A stretch of 64,000 bases of DNA from positions 32,001 through 96,000 of the forward strand of contig CAWJSR010000050.1 of assembly GCA_963845515.1 (NCBI GenBank). Direction: 5' to 3'. Shown piece by piece: positions 34,032-46,564 of this stretch. Source of the stretch: an uncultured delta proteobacterium. GTDB lineage: Bacteria > Myxococcota > Myxococcia > Myxococcales > Anaeromyxobacteraceae. How positions within the stretch are numbered: the first letter of the stretch is position 1; each line of letters begins with the position of its first letter. Below the pieces are notes generated by a model. The model worked only from the letters and a program-made list of their open reading frames with translations, searched no databases and was not told the DNA's origin. The position numbers were made by a program, and so were the translations under genes.

Positions 34032-34591
34032 CTACTTCTTCTTGGGGCGGCGGGCGTGGCCGCCGCCTTCTTGCCGAAGCGCGCGTTGTACTTGCGGACC
34101 AGCTCGTTGGTCACGTCCAGCGAGGTGGGGGCGTACATGATGCCGGCCTGGTTCTTCTCGAGGACGTAGGTGAAGCCCTCCGCCTCGGCGATCTCCTTGA
34201 CGATCTGCCCCATCTTGTCGAAGAGGGCGCTCATCAGCTCGCGCTCGCGGCCACCGAGCTCCTGCTGGAGCTGGCGGAGGAGCGCCTGCGCCTCGCCGAA
34301 CTTCCGCTCCATCTCCTCGGCCTTCTCCTTCTTCGCCTGCTCGGAGAGGACGACCGCCTGCTTCTCGAACTCGGCCTGGAGCTTCTTCAGCTCCGCCTCC
34401 TTGGCGTCGAGCTTCTTCTGCTTGTCGTCGAACTCCCGCTTGAGCTGCGCGCGGGCGGTCTTGCCCTCCTCCACCTCGGCGACGGCGCGCTGGAGGTCGA
34501 CGTAGCCGATCTTCAGCTCGGCGGCGCGGGCGACGCCCGGCGCGAGCACGCCGGCGACGAGGAGAGCGGCGAGGACGTTTGCGTGGCGCAT
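34032..34591 (-). CDS. skp: OmpH/Skp periplasmic chaperone (its natural stop is out of frame by 1 nt in this sequence, giving read-through into lpxD)
   Basis: Signal peptide, [13 protein letters not shown], coiled coil, [12 protein letters not shown]; located between bamA and lpxD. Confidence 0.9.
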
Positions 34592-34616
34592 GACGGATCC
34601 TTTCCGGAGGCTGGTA

Positions 34617-36996
<2,380 letters not shown>

Positions 36997-37073
36997 GAAG
37001 CCGCGGAATCTAGTGCAAAGGGGGCCAAACCTCAAACGGTCCCGCCCGCCGGCGTCGCCTGCCGCGCCACTCG

Positions 37074-37762
<689 letters not shown>

Positions 37763-37763
<1 letters not shown>

Positions 37764-39661
37764 CACTCGCTCCGCAGGCCGTCGACGGGGCGCAGGCGCG
37801 CCGCCTTGGTGGCCGGGTAGAGGGTGGCGAGGTACGCGAGCGCGGTGGCCGCGAGCGCGACGAAGGCGAACTGCCCCCCGTCGATGAGCACCGGGAGGTT
37901 GTCGATGTAGTAGACGTCCGGGTCGAGCGGGATCCCCACCTTGTCGATCAGGAGGCAGGTCCCGAGCCCGAGCGTGAGGCCGAAGACGGTCCCGACCGCG
38001 CCGATCACGAGCCCCTCGGCCACGAAGACCTTCATCACGCTCGCGACCGAGGCCCCCATGGACTTGAGGACCGCGATCTCCCTCGTCTTCTCCAGCACCA
38101 GCATGATGAGCGTCGCCACGATGATGCAGCTCGCCACGAGCACGATGAAGCCGAGGATGATCGCCATCACCACCTTCTCCATCATGAGCGCCGAGAAGAG
38201 GTTGCGGTTCATCTCGCCCCAGTCCTTCACCCGGTACGGGTAGCCGTCGAGCGACGCCAGGGCGCGGGACAGCGTCACGCGGGCGAGATCCACGTCCGCC
38301 ACCTTCACCTCGATGCCGGTCACGGCGCCGCCGGTGCCGAAGAAGCGCTGCCCCTCGGCCAGGTCGATGTACGCGAACTTGGAGTCGAACTCGTACATGC
38401 CGCTGTAGAAGGTCGCGGCCACGCGGAACGTGCGGCTCTTCGGCTGCGGCCCGGCGGGGCCGAGATCGCCCAGCGGGGAGACCACGTCGACCGTGTCGCC
38501 GACGAAGACGCGCAGTCCGCGGGCGAGCTCGCGCCCGATGACGACGCCCGGCAGGGGCCGCTTCGACGGCGACGCGGCCGGCTCCCCCTCGATCGCCCGC
38601 CTCGCGATCTCGCCGGGGCGCTTGAGCCACTCGAGCCGCCCGTCCTGCACGTTGGCCGCGAGGTCGGTCACGGTCCCGACGGTGTCGGCGTCGATGCCCT
38701 TGAGGATCGCGCCGGTCAGGTTGCCGCCCGAGGCGAGCATCACCTCGTTGTAGAGGAACGGCGTCGCGCCCTTGACCCCCGGCACCGCGAGCAGGCGCGT
38801 GCGCACGTCCTCCCACTCGGTGAACGCCGCCTCGCCGTACTTCATGACGTGGCCGTGGGCCTGCGCGCCGAGGATCTTCCGCTTCAGGTCGGCCTCGAAG
38901 CCGCTCATCACCGACAGGACGACCGTCAGCGCCCAGACCCCGATCGCGACGCCCGCGATGGAGATCAGCGTCATGAGGAGCGTCGCGGGGAGGCGCGTGC
39001 GCCAGCTCGGCTCGCCGCGCCGCTCCCGCCGCCGCTCGGCGGCGTCGCGCCAGAGCGAGGCGCCGAGCATCACGAGCAGCCCTGGGACGAGCCCGGTGAC
39101 CACCAGCGCGAAGAGTCCCAGGAGCGTCCGCGCCGAGAGCCGGAGGTGGCTGCGGGCGACGAAGAGCTCCCAGGAGAAGGAGAGGTCCAGCCGGCCCCGC
39201 CCGGCGACGAGGAAGCCGACCGACGCGCCGAGGAAGACCGCGGTCGCCGCGAGGAGTCCGCTCCCGAGCGCGAACAGGACGGCGACCAGCGTCCCCTGGC
39301 TCTCCAGCGTGTGGCTGAGCGCGTCCGCCCCGGGGCTGCGGGCGATCGCGGCGACGCGCGCGCCGGCGGACGCGAGGAAGAGGATCGCGGCGGCGGAGAT
39401 CTCGTAGAAGGCGAGCCGGCGCCCCACCACCGCCGCCGCCCCGCCCAGCGCCGCGGCGAAGAGCGCGCCGGCGAGCGCCGCCAGCCCCACGGCGATCGCA
39501 CCGGCGAGCCGGAGCCGGTCGGTGAAGTACAGGTGCGCCTGCGACGCGACCGCGACCGTGCCGAAGACGCCGACGACCGCCAGCGCGAAGGAGGCCGGCG
39601 CGAAGACGCGCGCGATCCTCCGGTCGGACTGCGCCTCGGCGGGCGCCGCGCTCGCGGTCAC
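37763..39661 (-). CDS. Lipoprotein-releasing ABC transporter permease (LolC/E family) with an N-terminal membrane extension
   Basis: [64 protein letters not shown]. Confidence 0.92.
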
Positions 39662-39667
39662 CGAGCC

Positions 39668-41230
39668 CTACTCCCGGCTCTTCAGCAGCGGGAAGAGGAT
39701 GACGTCGCGGATCGCCGCGGAGTCGGTGAGGAGCATCGTGAGGCGATCGATCCCGATCCCCTCCCCGGCGGTCGGCGGCATCCCCACCTCCAGCGCGCGG
39801 ACGAAGTCCTCGTCGAAGGGCATGGCCTCGTCGTCTCCGGCGGCCTTGGCCTTCATCTGCGCCTCGAAGCGGGCGCGCTGGTCGGCCGGGTCGTTCAGCT
39901 CGGAGAAGGCGTTGGCCATCTCCATTCCGGCGACGAAGAGCTCGAAGCGATCCACCAGCCGCGGGTCGGCGTCGCGCTGGCGGGAGAGCGGGCTGGTCTC
40001 GATCGGGAAGTCGACGACGAAGCAGGGCCGGTCCTTCGGCAGCTGCGGCTCACCGAAGATCTCGAACACCACGGCCAGCGCCTCGCCAGGCGACTTGCGG
40101 GCCGCCTGCTCGAGCTTCCAGGCGTCCTCCTTCTCGTTCTCCCTGGCCGAGAGGCGGCCGAGCGCCTCGGCGAGCCCCTTGCCGGCGAGCGCGTCGGCTG
40201 GCGTCAGGCCGAGCGCCTTCGCCGCGAGCTCCAGCAGCGAGATCCGCGGGAACGGGGGCGTGAGGTCGATCTCCTGCCCCTGGAAGGGCACCTTCGCGGC
40301 GCCGGTCACCTCCACGGCGAGGGCGTGGAACAGCTCCTCGGTGAGGCGCATCAGGTCTTCGTGGGTGGCGTAGGCCTCGTAGAACTCGATCGTGGTGAAC
40401 TCGGGGTTGTGCCGCCGGTCGATCCCCTCGTTCCGCCAGATCCGGCCGATCTCGTAGACGCGGTCGAAGCCGCCGACCACGAGCCGCTTCAGGTGCAGCT
40501 CGGTCGCGATCCGAAGCTTCAGATCCATGTCGAGGGCGTTGTGGTGCGTCGCGAACGGCCGCGCCGCGGCGCCGCCGGCCTCCTCGGGCTTGTGGAGGGT
40601 CGGGGTCTCGACCTCCAGATAGCCCCGGGCGTCCAGCATCCGGCGGATCGTCTGGATGATCCGCGCCCGCTTGAGGAAGACCTCGCGCACGCCGGGCGTG
40701 ACGACCAGATCCACGTAGCGCTGGCGGTACCGCTGCTCGACGTCGGTGAGCCCGTGCCACTTCTCCGGCAGGGGCCGGATCGACTTCGTGAGGATCGTAA
40801 AGGTGGCGGCCTCCAGCGTCAGCTCGCCGGTCTTGGTCCGCGTCGCGGGCCCCTCCGCGGCGACGACGTCGCCGACGTCGAGGAGCTTGTAGACCTCGAA
40901 GGCCTTGTCGCCGACCTTGTCCTTCTTCACCCACACTTGAAGGTCGCCGCTCCGATCCCGGACCTTGAGGAAGGCCGCCTTCCCGAAGGCCCGGTTGGCC
41001 AGCACGCGGCCGGCGATCGACCAGCGGCCGGGATCCGTCGCGATCTCCTCGGTCTTCTGCTGGCCGTACCGATCGTGGAGATCCTTCGTGACGTGGGCAG
41101 CGCGCAGGCCGTTGCCGTACGGGTTGACGCCGAGCGCGCGCAGCGCCTCGGCCTTCTTCAGTCGCTGCGCCAGGATCTCGCGCTCGGTGGCGCCGAGGCC
41201 GTCCTGCGTCGGGGTCGTCTCGTCGGGCAT
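39668..41230 (-). CDS. lysS: Lysine-tRNA ligase (class II)
   Basis: [61 protein letters not shown]. Confidence 0.98.
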   Translation of the reverse strand: MPDETTPTQDGLGATEREILAQRLKKAEALRALGVNPYGNGLRAAHVTKDLHDRYGQQKTEEIATDPGRWSIAGRVLANRAFGKAAFLKVRDRSGDLQVWVKKDKVGDKAFEVYKLLDVGDVVAAEGPATRTKTGELTLEAATFTILTKSIRPLPEKWHGLTDVEQRYRQRYVDLVVTPGVREVFLKRARIIQTIRRMLDARGYLEVETPTLHKPEEAGGAAARPFATHHNALDMDLKLRIATELHLKRLVVGGFDRVYEIGRIWRNEGIDRRHNPEFTTIEFYEAYATHEDLMRLTEELFHALAVEVTGAAKVPFQGQEIDLTPPFPRISLLELAAKALGLTPADALAGKGLAEALGRLSARENEKEDAWKLEQAARKSPGEALAVVFEIFGEPQLPKDRPCFVVDFPIETSPLSRQRDADPRLVDRFELFVAGMEMANAFSELNDPADQRARFEAQMKAKAAGDDEAMPFDEDFVRALEVGMPPTAGEGIGIDRLTMLLTDSAAIRDVILFPLLKSRE

Positions 41231-41274
41231 CTGTTTGTAATCTGTCGGGAATCGGTGCGGGGAATCGCCGGCGC

Positions 41275-41303
41275 AGGCTATGCGGACCGCCCCGGTCCGT
41301 CAA
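41275..41303 (-). promoter_or_regulatory. sigma70-type promoter of lysS
   Basis: Minus strand TTGACG, 17 bp, TAGCCT. Confidence 0.65.
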
Positions 41304-41341
41304 CGCAGGAACGCGCGAGGGCAAGCGCACATTTCCGGGAC

Positions 41342-41396
41342 ATGCCGCCCCTCACCCGTCCCCCCGTGGGAGAGGGCGGGTGCAAGGGGGCAGCAT
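41342..41396. repeat. Degenerate REP-like long hairpin
   Basis: CCCCTCACCCGTCCC...GGGAGAGGGCGGGTG..AGGGGG. Confidence 0.55.
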
Positions 41397-41562
41397 TTCC
41401 CAGGCGCGCGCTCGCGGGGCCGGGGCTAGGGGACGCCTCGACGCGGCGCCACGCGGCTTTCGCGGTCCCGGGCAACGCCTGTGCGCGCCCTTCACGTGTC
41501 GCCCATCACCCTCGTCCCCCCAAGCCACCGGGATCACGGTCCGTGTATCTCGCACGGCCCGC

Positions 41563-41578
41563 TGGCACGCCCAATGAA
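41563..41578 (+). promoter_or_regulatory. Possible sigma54 promoter upstream of the Cys-rich lipoprotein
   Basis: TGGCAC-N5-ATGAA; -24 box perfect, -12 box has GA instead of GC. Confidence 0.35.
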
Positions 41579-41639
41579 GTGGGAGCGGCTGCGCCGAACA
41601 GGAAAGTCCAGCCCGGACGAGCTGCGCGGGAGAGAGCGA

Positions 41640-42053
41640 ATGACGACCAGCCGCACCGAGCCGCACCGACGAACGACCACGATGGCCGCAGCGCTCCTCC
41701 TCGGAGCCGTGCTCGGCCTCCTTGGCGCCTCCGGCTGCGGCATCCAGACGGAGGAGTACGGGAACGTCATCACCGACTGCCCCGCCGGCACCTCCTGCTC
41801 CTGCGGCACGGGAAACTGCGTCATGGGGTGCACCGGCGGCGGCTGCGACCTGACGTGCACCGGGATGTCGAACTGCTCCTTCGACTGCGAGGGCGGAGGC
41901 TGCACGGTCGCCTGCGCCAACACCGGCAACTGCTTCCTCGCGTGCGCCGGCGGGGGCTGCGACGTCACCTGCACCAACACCGGCAACTGCGGCATCACCG
42001 AGTGCGACGCCACCTGCAGCCTCACCTGCGACAACCTCGGCAACTGCTTCTAG
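41640..42053 (+). CDS. Cysteine-rich repeat lipoprotein
   Basis: Hydrophobic signal plus ASG-C lipobox-like site; 21 Cys; 19-aa repeats CxGGGCxxxCxxxxNC (57-bp period at 41835, 41892, 41949). Confidence 0.85.
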   Translation: MTTSRTEPHRRTTTMAAALLLGAVLGLLGASGCGIQTEEYGNVITDCPAGTSCSCGTGNCVMGCTGGGCDLTCTGMSNCSFDCEGGGCTVACANTGNCFLACAGGGCDVTCTNTGNCGITECDATCSLTCDNLGNCF

Positions 42054-42141
42054 CGCCTTCCCAACTCACCCTCCGGCGCGGGATCCCCCCTCGCCGGCCT
42101 CACGCCACGAACCCGGGCACGCGCCCGGGAAGGAGCCACGC

Positions 42142-42759
42142 ATGCGTCACGTCCTCGCCGCGCTCGCCGTCCTCGCCGCCGCCACCCCTGCCCTCGCGAC
42201 CTCGGAGTCCTACCAGCCGATCCGCGTCGACGTCTCCTTCAACCTCGTCTACGGCGACGCCGACGTCCGGGAGTACGGCGTCGGCGGGGCGGTCGAGCCC
42301 AAGTTCAACCTGACGGACCGGCTCGCGATCGGCGTGCGGCTGGAGGGGGCCGCGCTCATCCCCGAGTCGGTCTCGATGGACGGCGACAGCGTCTCGATGG
42401 GCGCCCGCGCCCTCTCCGCGTACCTCGCGAAGGCCGAGTACTACCTGACCACGTCAGACGTCAGGCCCTTCGTCGGGATCGCCGCGGGCCTATACGACAT
42501 CGGCGGCGGCGGCCAGACGGTCGGCTCGGCGGGGATCGTCCAGCAGGCCGAGGCGTTCCGCGGGTTCGGCTTCGCCCCGCAGGTCGGCATCAACTTCGGC
42601 GCCTTCCGGCTCGCCGGCACGTACAACATCATCACCGGCGGCGACCGCGTCGTCGTCACGCAGGCCGTCGGCACGACCGTGCCCGAGAAGCACTCGATGC
42701 CGACCCGCTACTTCGCCCTCGAGCTCGGCGGAACGTTCGGCGGAAAGCGGATCAAGTAG
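42142..42759 (+). CDS. Small outer-membrane beta-barrel protein
   Basis: Signal peptide ending PALA; strands VEPKFNL, IGVRLEG, AEYYL, RPFVGIAAGLY, FGFAPQVG; RBS AGGAG. Confidence 0.8.
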   Translation: MRHVLAALAVLAAATPALATSESYQPIRVDVSFNLVYGDADVREYGVGGAVEPKFNLTDRLAIGVRLEGAALIPESVSMDGDSVSMGARALSAYLAKAEYYLTTSDVRPFVGIAAGLYDIGGGGQTVGSAGIVQQAEAFRGFGFAPQVGINFGAFRLAGTYNIITGGDRVVVTQAVGTTVPEKHSMPTRYFALELGGTFGGKRIK

Positions 42760-42773
42760 CGGCGGCGAGGCTG

Positions 42774-42838
42774 CTCCCTCTCTTGACCCTCCCCCTCGGT
42801 GAGCCTCGGTGAGGGGGAGGGGACGTCAAGGGGATGGG
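42774..42838. repeat. REP-like hairpin between convergent genes
   Basis: CTTGACCCTCCCCCTC...GAGGGGGAGGGACGTCAAG. Confidence 0.55.
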
Positions 42839-42859
42839 CGGCGATCTCTCGACGGCCTG

Positions 42860-43843
42860 CTACGGCGGCGCCATGAACTCCGGGCCTATTGCGTTGCGGA
42901 CGTGGGCGTCCAGGATCTCGTCGACGCGGGCGAGCTGGGCCGGCGTGAGGCGCCATAGCCCGAGCACCTTCGGGATCTCCTCCAGCTGGTCGGGCCGCCG
43001 CGCGCCCCAGAGCGCGACCGAGACGCCGGGCTGGTCCAGCAGCCAGCGGACCGACAACTCCACGAGCGAGCGGCCGAGCTCGTCGTCGGCGAAGGCCCGC
43101 AGCGCGCGAGCCGCGGCCAGGTACTGCCCGAGCCTGGGCTGCTTGAACTTCGGATCGTAGCGCCGGAGGTCGTCGCCGAGGAACTTCGTATCCTCGGTCA
43201 TCCGGCCAGAGAGGAGCCCGCGGCAGAGGGCGCCGTACGTGAGGGTCGCGACGCCGTGCCTTCGGCACCAGGGGAGCACGTCGCGCTCGATGCCGCGCTC
43301 GAAGAGGTTGTACGGCGGCTGCGCGGTGGCGAGCGGCGCGTGCGCCGCGAAGCGGTCGAGCTGCTCGGGCGTGAAGTTGGAGACCCCGATCGCCCGGATC
43401 TTCCCCTCCTTCTGGAGGGCCGCGAGCTCCTCCGCGGTCTCCTCGATGGGCGTGGCCGGGTCGGGCCAGTGGACCTGGTAGAGGTCGATCCAGCCGGTCC
43501 GCAGGCGCCGCAGCGAGTCCTCGACCTCCTGCCGGATCCGGGCGCGCGACGCGTCGCGGAAGACCTTGCCGTCGCGCCACGCGAGGCCGCACTTGGTGGC
43601 GATCGCCACGCTGTCGCGGCGCGGGCCGGCGCCGACCGCCTTCCCGACGATCTCCTCGGACCGGCCGAACCCGTAGACCGGCGCGGTGTCGATCAGGTTG
43701 ACGCCGAGGTCCAGCGCCCGATCGATGGTCCGGATCGACTCCGGCTCGTCGGTGCCGCCCCACATCCAGCCGCCTATGGCCCACGTCCCGAGGCCGATCC
43801 GCGAGACCGGGAACGGGATCCCGGGGATGGTGATGCGCTCCAT
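42860..43843 (-). CDS. Aldo/keto reductase
   Basis: IGLGTWAIGG, DTAPVYG, IATKCG, IDLYQVHWPD, IGVSNF, QPPYNLF. Confidence 0.95.
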   Translation of the reverse strand: MERITIPGIPFPVSRIGLGTWAIGGWMWGGTDEPESIRTIDRALDLGVNLIDTAPVYGFGRSEEIVGKAVGAGPRRDSVAIATKCGLAWRDGKVFRDASRARIRQEVEDSLRRLRTGWIDLYQVHWPDPATPIEETAEELAALQKEGKIRAIGVSNFTPEQLDRFAAHAPLATAQPPYNLFERGIERDVLPWCRRHGVATLTYGALCRGLLSGRMTEDTKFLGDDLRRYDPKFKQPRLGQYLAAARALRAFADDELGRSLVELSVRWLLDQPGVSVALWGARRPDQLEEIPKVLGLWRLTPAQLARVDEILDAHVRNAIGPEFMAPP

Positions 43844-43865
43844 GTTCGCCCCCCGCTCGCCGCGG

Positions 43866-45461
43866 TCAGCGCGGCGCGTACACCCGGTAGTCGATCTCCG
43901 GGAAGATGTTGTCCTTCGCCTCGACCCACCCCAGCCAGCCGGCGTCGAGCTGGCCTGAGCGGATCTGGTCGTGCAGCCGCGTGAAGCGCAGCACGTGCTC
44001 CCGGGTGCGGCGGACGGCGTAGTCCACCATCGTCCCGGTCTTCATGATGAAGGCCCAGTCCGAGGACTGGGCGAGGAGCACCTCTCGCGCGGCCTGGTTG
44101 AGCGCCCGCCGCTCGAGGTGGGTCGGCTCCACGTAGTCGCGGGCGATCGCGATCATCCGCTCGGTCGCCTTGTGGACGTGCCTGTAGATCCAGTCGTTCG
44201 AGCCGTCCAGCCAGACGGCGGCGTAGCCACCCGCGCCCCAGGAGCACATGGGCGGGGTGCCGAGCTGCTGCTCGGGGTTCTCGCGCAGGTACTCGCCCGG
44301 CGTGGCCAGCCGGAAGGCGCGCTGGTCGTACGCGACCTTGCGTATGAGGAAGTCGATGAAGGCCGGCCCCTCGTACCACCAGTGGCCGTAGAGCTCGGCG
44401 TCGTAGGGCGAGACGACGATCGGCTTCACGCCGTTCATCTGGGAGGCGAGGTGCCGGATCTGCCGCTCGCGGTTGAACATGAAGTCGCCGGCGTGCTCGG
44501 CCGCCCGCTCGCGGGCCCAGCGCGGATCGTAGGGCTCCTTGTGCGGCGTCTTCCCCGTGATCCGGAAGTACTTGATGCCGACGTTCTTCCGCTGGCCGTT
44601 GGGCTGGATGAACTCGCGCACGTAGTCCTGGTCGAGGTCCCAGCCGACGTCCCGGTAGAACTCGCGGTAGGCCGCGTCGCCCGGGTATCCCGACTCGGCG
44701 CTCCAGACCTGCATAGACGACTCGGGGTCGCGCGCGAACGCGGCGGGGCCCGAGCGCGTGTAGACGGGCGCGTAGACGCCGTACCGTGGACGCGGGCTCG
44801 CGTCGGCGACCCCATGCGTGTCGACGACGAACCACCGGATGTCCTGCTCGGCGAGGAAGGGATCGAGGCCGGGGAAGTGACCGCACTCGGGGAGCCAGAT
44901 GCCGGCAGGGTTCCGGCCGAAGTGGCGCCGGTGGCTCGCCGCGGCGACCTCGATCTGGGCCCGGATCGCCTCGGGGTACTGCTGCAGCAGCGGCAGGAAG
45001 CCGTGCGTCGCGCCGCAGGTCGCGAGCTCCAGGCGACCCGCCTCCTCCAGCCGCCGGAACGCGCCGACGAGGTCCCGCCGGTACCTGTCCTCGAAGAGGT
45101 GACGCAGGCGCCCGAACTCGTGGCGGTAGTGGTGCGCGAGCCCATTGAAGGTCGGATCGTTGCGGGTCCGGTGGACCTCCCGGTCGGCCAGCTCGACCAG
45201 CCTGTCCAGCCTGCGCGCATACCGCCCCATGAGCAGGTCGTCGCGGAGCATCGTGACGAGCGGCGGCGACATGGTGAGTGAGATCCGGAAGGGGATCCCC
45301 TCGTCGGTCGCGCGGTCGAAGACGTCGAGGAGCGGGAGGTAGGTCTCCGAGATCGCCTCGTAGAGCCAGTCCTCCTCGAGGAACTCCTCGTACTCCGGGT
45401 GGCGCACGAACGGCAGGTGCGCGTGGAGGTGCAGCGAGAGGTAGCCGAGCACGTCGCGCAT
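43866..45461 (-). CDS. GH57 1,4-alpha-glucan branching enzyme-like protein (DUF1957)
   Basis: HLHAHLPFVRHP, GIWLPECG, YDAELYGHWWYEG, LAQSSDWAFI. Confidence 0.93.
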   Translation of the reverse strand: MRDVLGYLSLHLHAHLPFVRHPEYEEFLEEDWLYEAISETYLPLLDVFDRATDEGIPFRISLTMSPPLVTMLRDDLLMGRYARRLDRLVELADREVHRTRNDPTFNGLAHHYRHEFGRLRHLFEDRYRRDLVGAFRRLEEAGRLELATCGATHGFLPLLQQYPEAIRAQIEVAAASHRRHFGRNPAGIWLPECGHFPGLDPFLAEQDIRWFVVDTHGVADASPRPRYGVYAPVYTRSGPAAFARDPESSMQVWSAESGYPGDAAYREFYRDVGWDLDQDYVREFIQPNGQRKNVGIKYFRITGKTPHKEPYDPRWARERAAEHAGDFMFNRERQIRHLASQMNGVKPIVVSPYDAELYGHWWYEGPAFIDFLIRKVAYDQRAFRLATPGEYLRENPEQQLGTPPMCSWGAGGYAAVWLDGSNDWIYRHVHKATERMIAIARDYVEPTHLERRALNQAAREVLLAQSSDWAFIMKTGTMVDYAVRRTREHVLRFTRLHDQIRSGQLDAGWLGWVEAKDNIFPEIDYRVYAPR

Positions 45462-45470
45462 GCGTGCGCC

Positions 45471-46470
45471 CTACTCCTTCCCGTCCCGCCCGGACGGAGC
45501 CTCGGGGAAGAACGAAGGGGCGAACGCCGGGGAGGACGGCGCGCTGCCCGGTACGCTGCCTCCCCACGCCCTGCCCGGCTGGCGACCCCAGTCGGAGAGG
45601 CTGGCGAGGAGCGCGCGAAGGTCCTCGGAGAACGGCCCTCCGGCCCGGCCGCGCGCCGAGCAGCCGCGGGAGCGGGAGGTCCCATGGGATCCGCGCGAAC
45701 CGGTCGTCGATGACGGGCGACTGACCGACCGTGGGCAGCGCGACGGCGTTCGACGACGGGCCCACCCGGCGCGCGTAGCCGTGCCGATCGATCGCCTGGA
45801 TCTCGCAGCGGTAGGTCCGGCCCGGCTCGAGATCGTTCACGTAGAAGCTGCGCGACTCGAGCGCGAAGTCGATGACGCGCACCTGCTCCCACCCCTCCCC
45901 CTTCGCCGCCAGCATCCACAGCTGGGCGCGCGGCCCGTCGAGCCCATCGAAGGCGGCGCGCGCGGTGGCCTCCGAGAGGTCCCAATAGAGGAAGAGCGTC
46001 CTCGGATCCCGCGGCAGCGCGACGAGCGCGTCGTCGCCATAAGCCCACGGCAGGTCGCCGAGGTGCTCGTCGTAGACCGGCATGACCGGGTGCGTGCCCT
46101 CCCACGGGCTCGCCCGCTCGCTCCACCGCCCGCCCACCTCGGCCGGCGGCTCCGACATCGGGTGCGGCGCGTTGCGCGCCTCCTCCTCGCCGCGGACCCT
46201 GGCCACGAAGAAGCCCTCGGGGTCCGGCGCGGCGGCCTGAGCGATCCGGCTCGGCGCCTCCGCGGCGGCCGCGGAGACGGCAGGCTTCGCGGCGGGTGGC
46301 TTCGCCGCCTTCCTCACGCCCGGCTTCGATGGCTTCTTCGGCGCGGCCTTCGCGGCCGGCTTCCGGGCGGCCGCGCGCTTCGACGCGGGCTTCCGGGCAG
46401 CCGCCTTCTTCGGGGGTGCGCCGGCTGCCTTCGCCTTCCCGGCTCCGCGCGGCTTCTTCTTCGTTGCCAT
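45471..46470 (-). CDS. DUF4912-domain protein with a Lys/Ala-rich N-terminus; +1 frameshift near 45651
   Basis: LPWAYGDDALVALPRDPRTLFLYWDL, SFYVNDLEPGRTYRCEI, SSN. Continues in the shifted frame GPFSEDLRALLASLSDW...GKE* to TAG at 45471; span 1000 = 3n+1. Confidence 0.82.
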
Positions 46471-46564
46471 GGCAGTCTCTCCGGAGACACCCTACCGCGG
46501 AATGACGGCCAGTGAGCGGCCGTAGGGTGGGAGCCCCTCGCGGGCTCCCCGGAAGCGGATTACG

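Noticed and set aside
43774..46470. 898-aa DUF4912 ORF overlapping GH57
   Set aside because: Product of a +1 indel near 45651; the downstream part is out-of-frame, Arg-rich junk.
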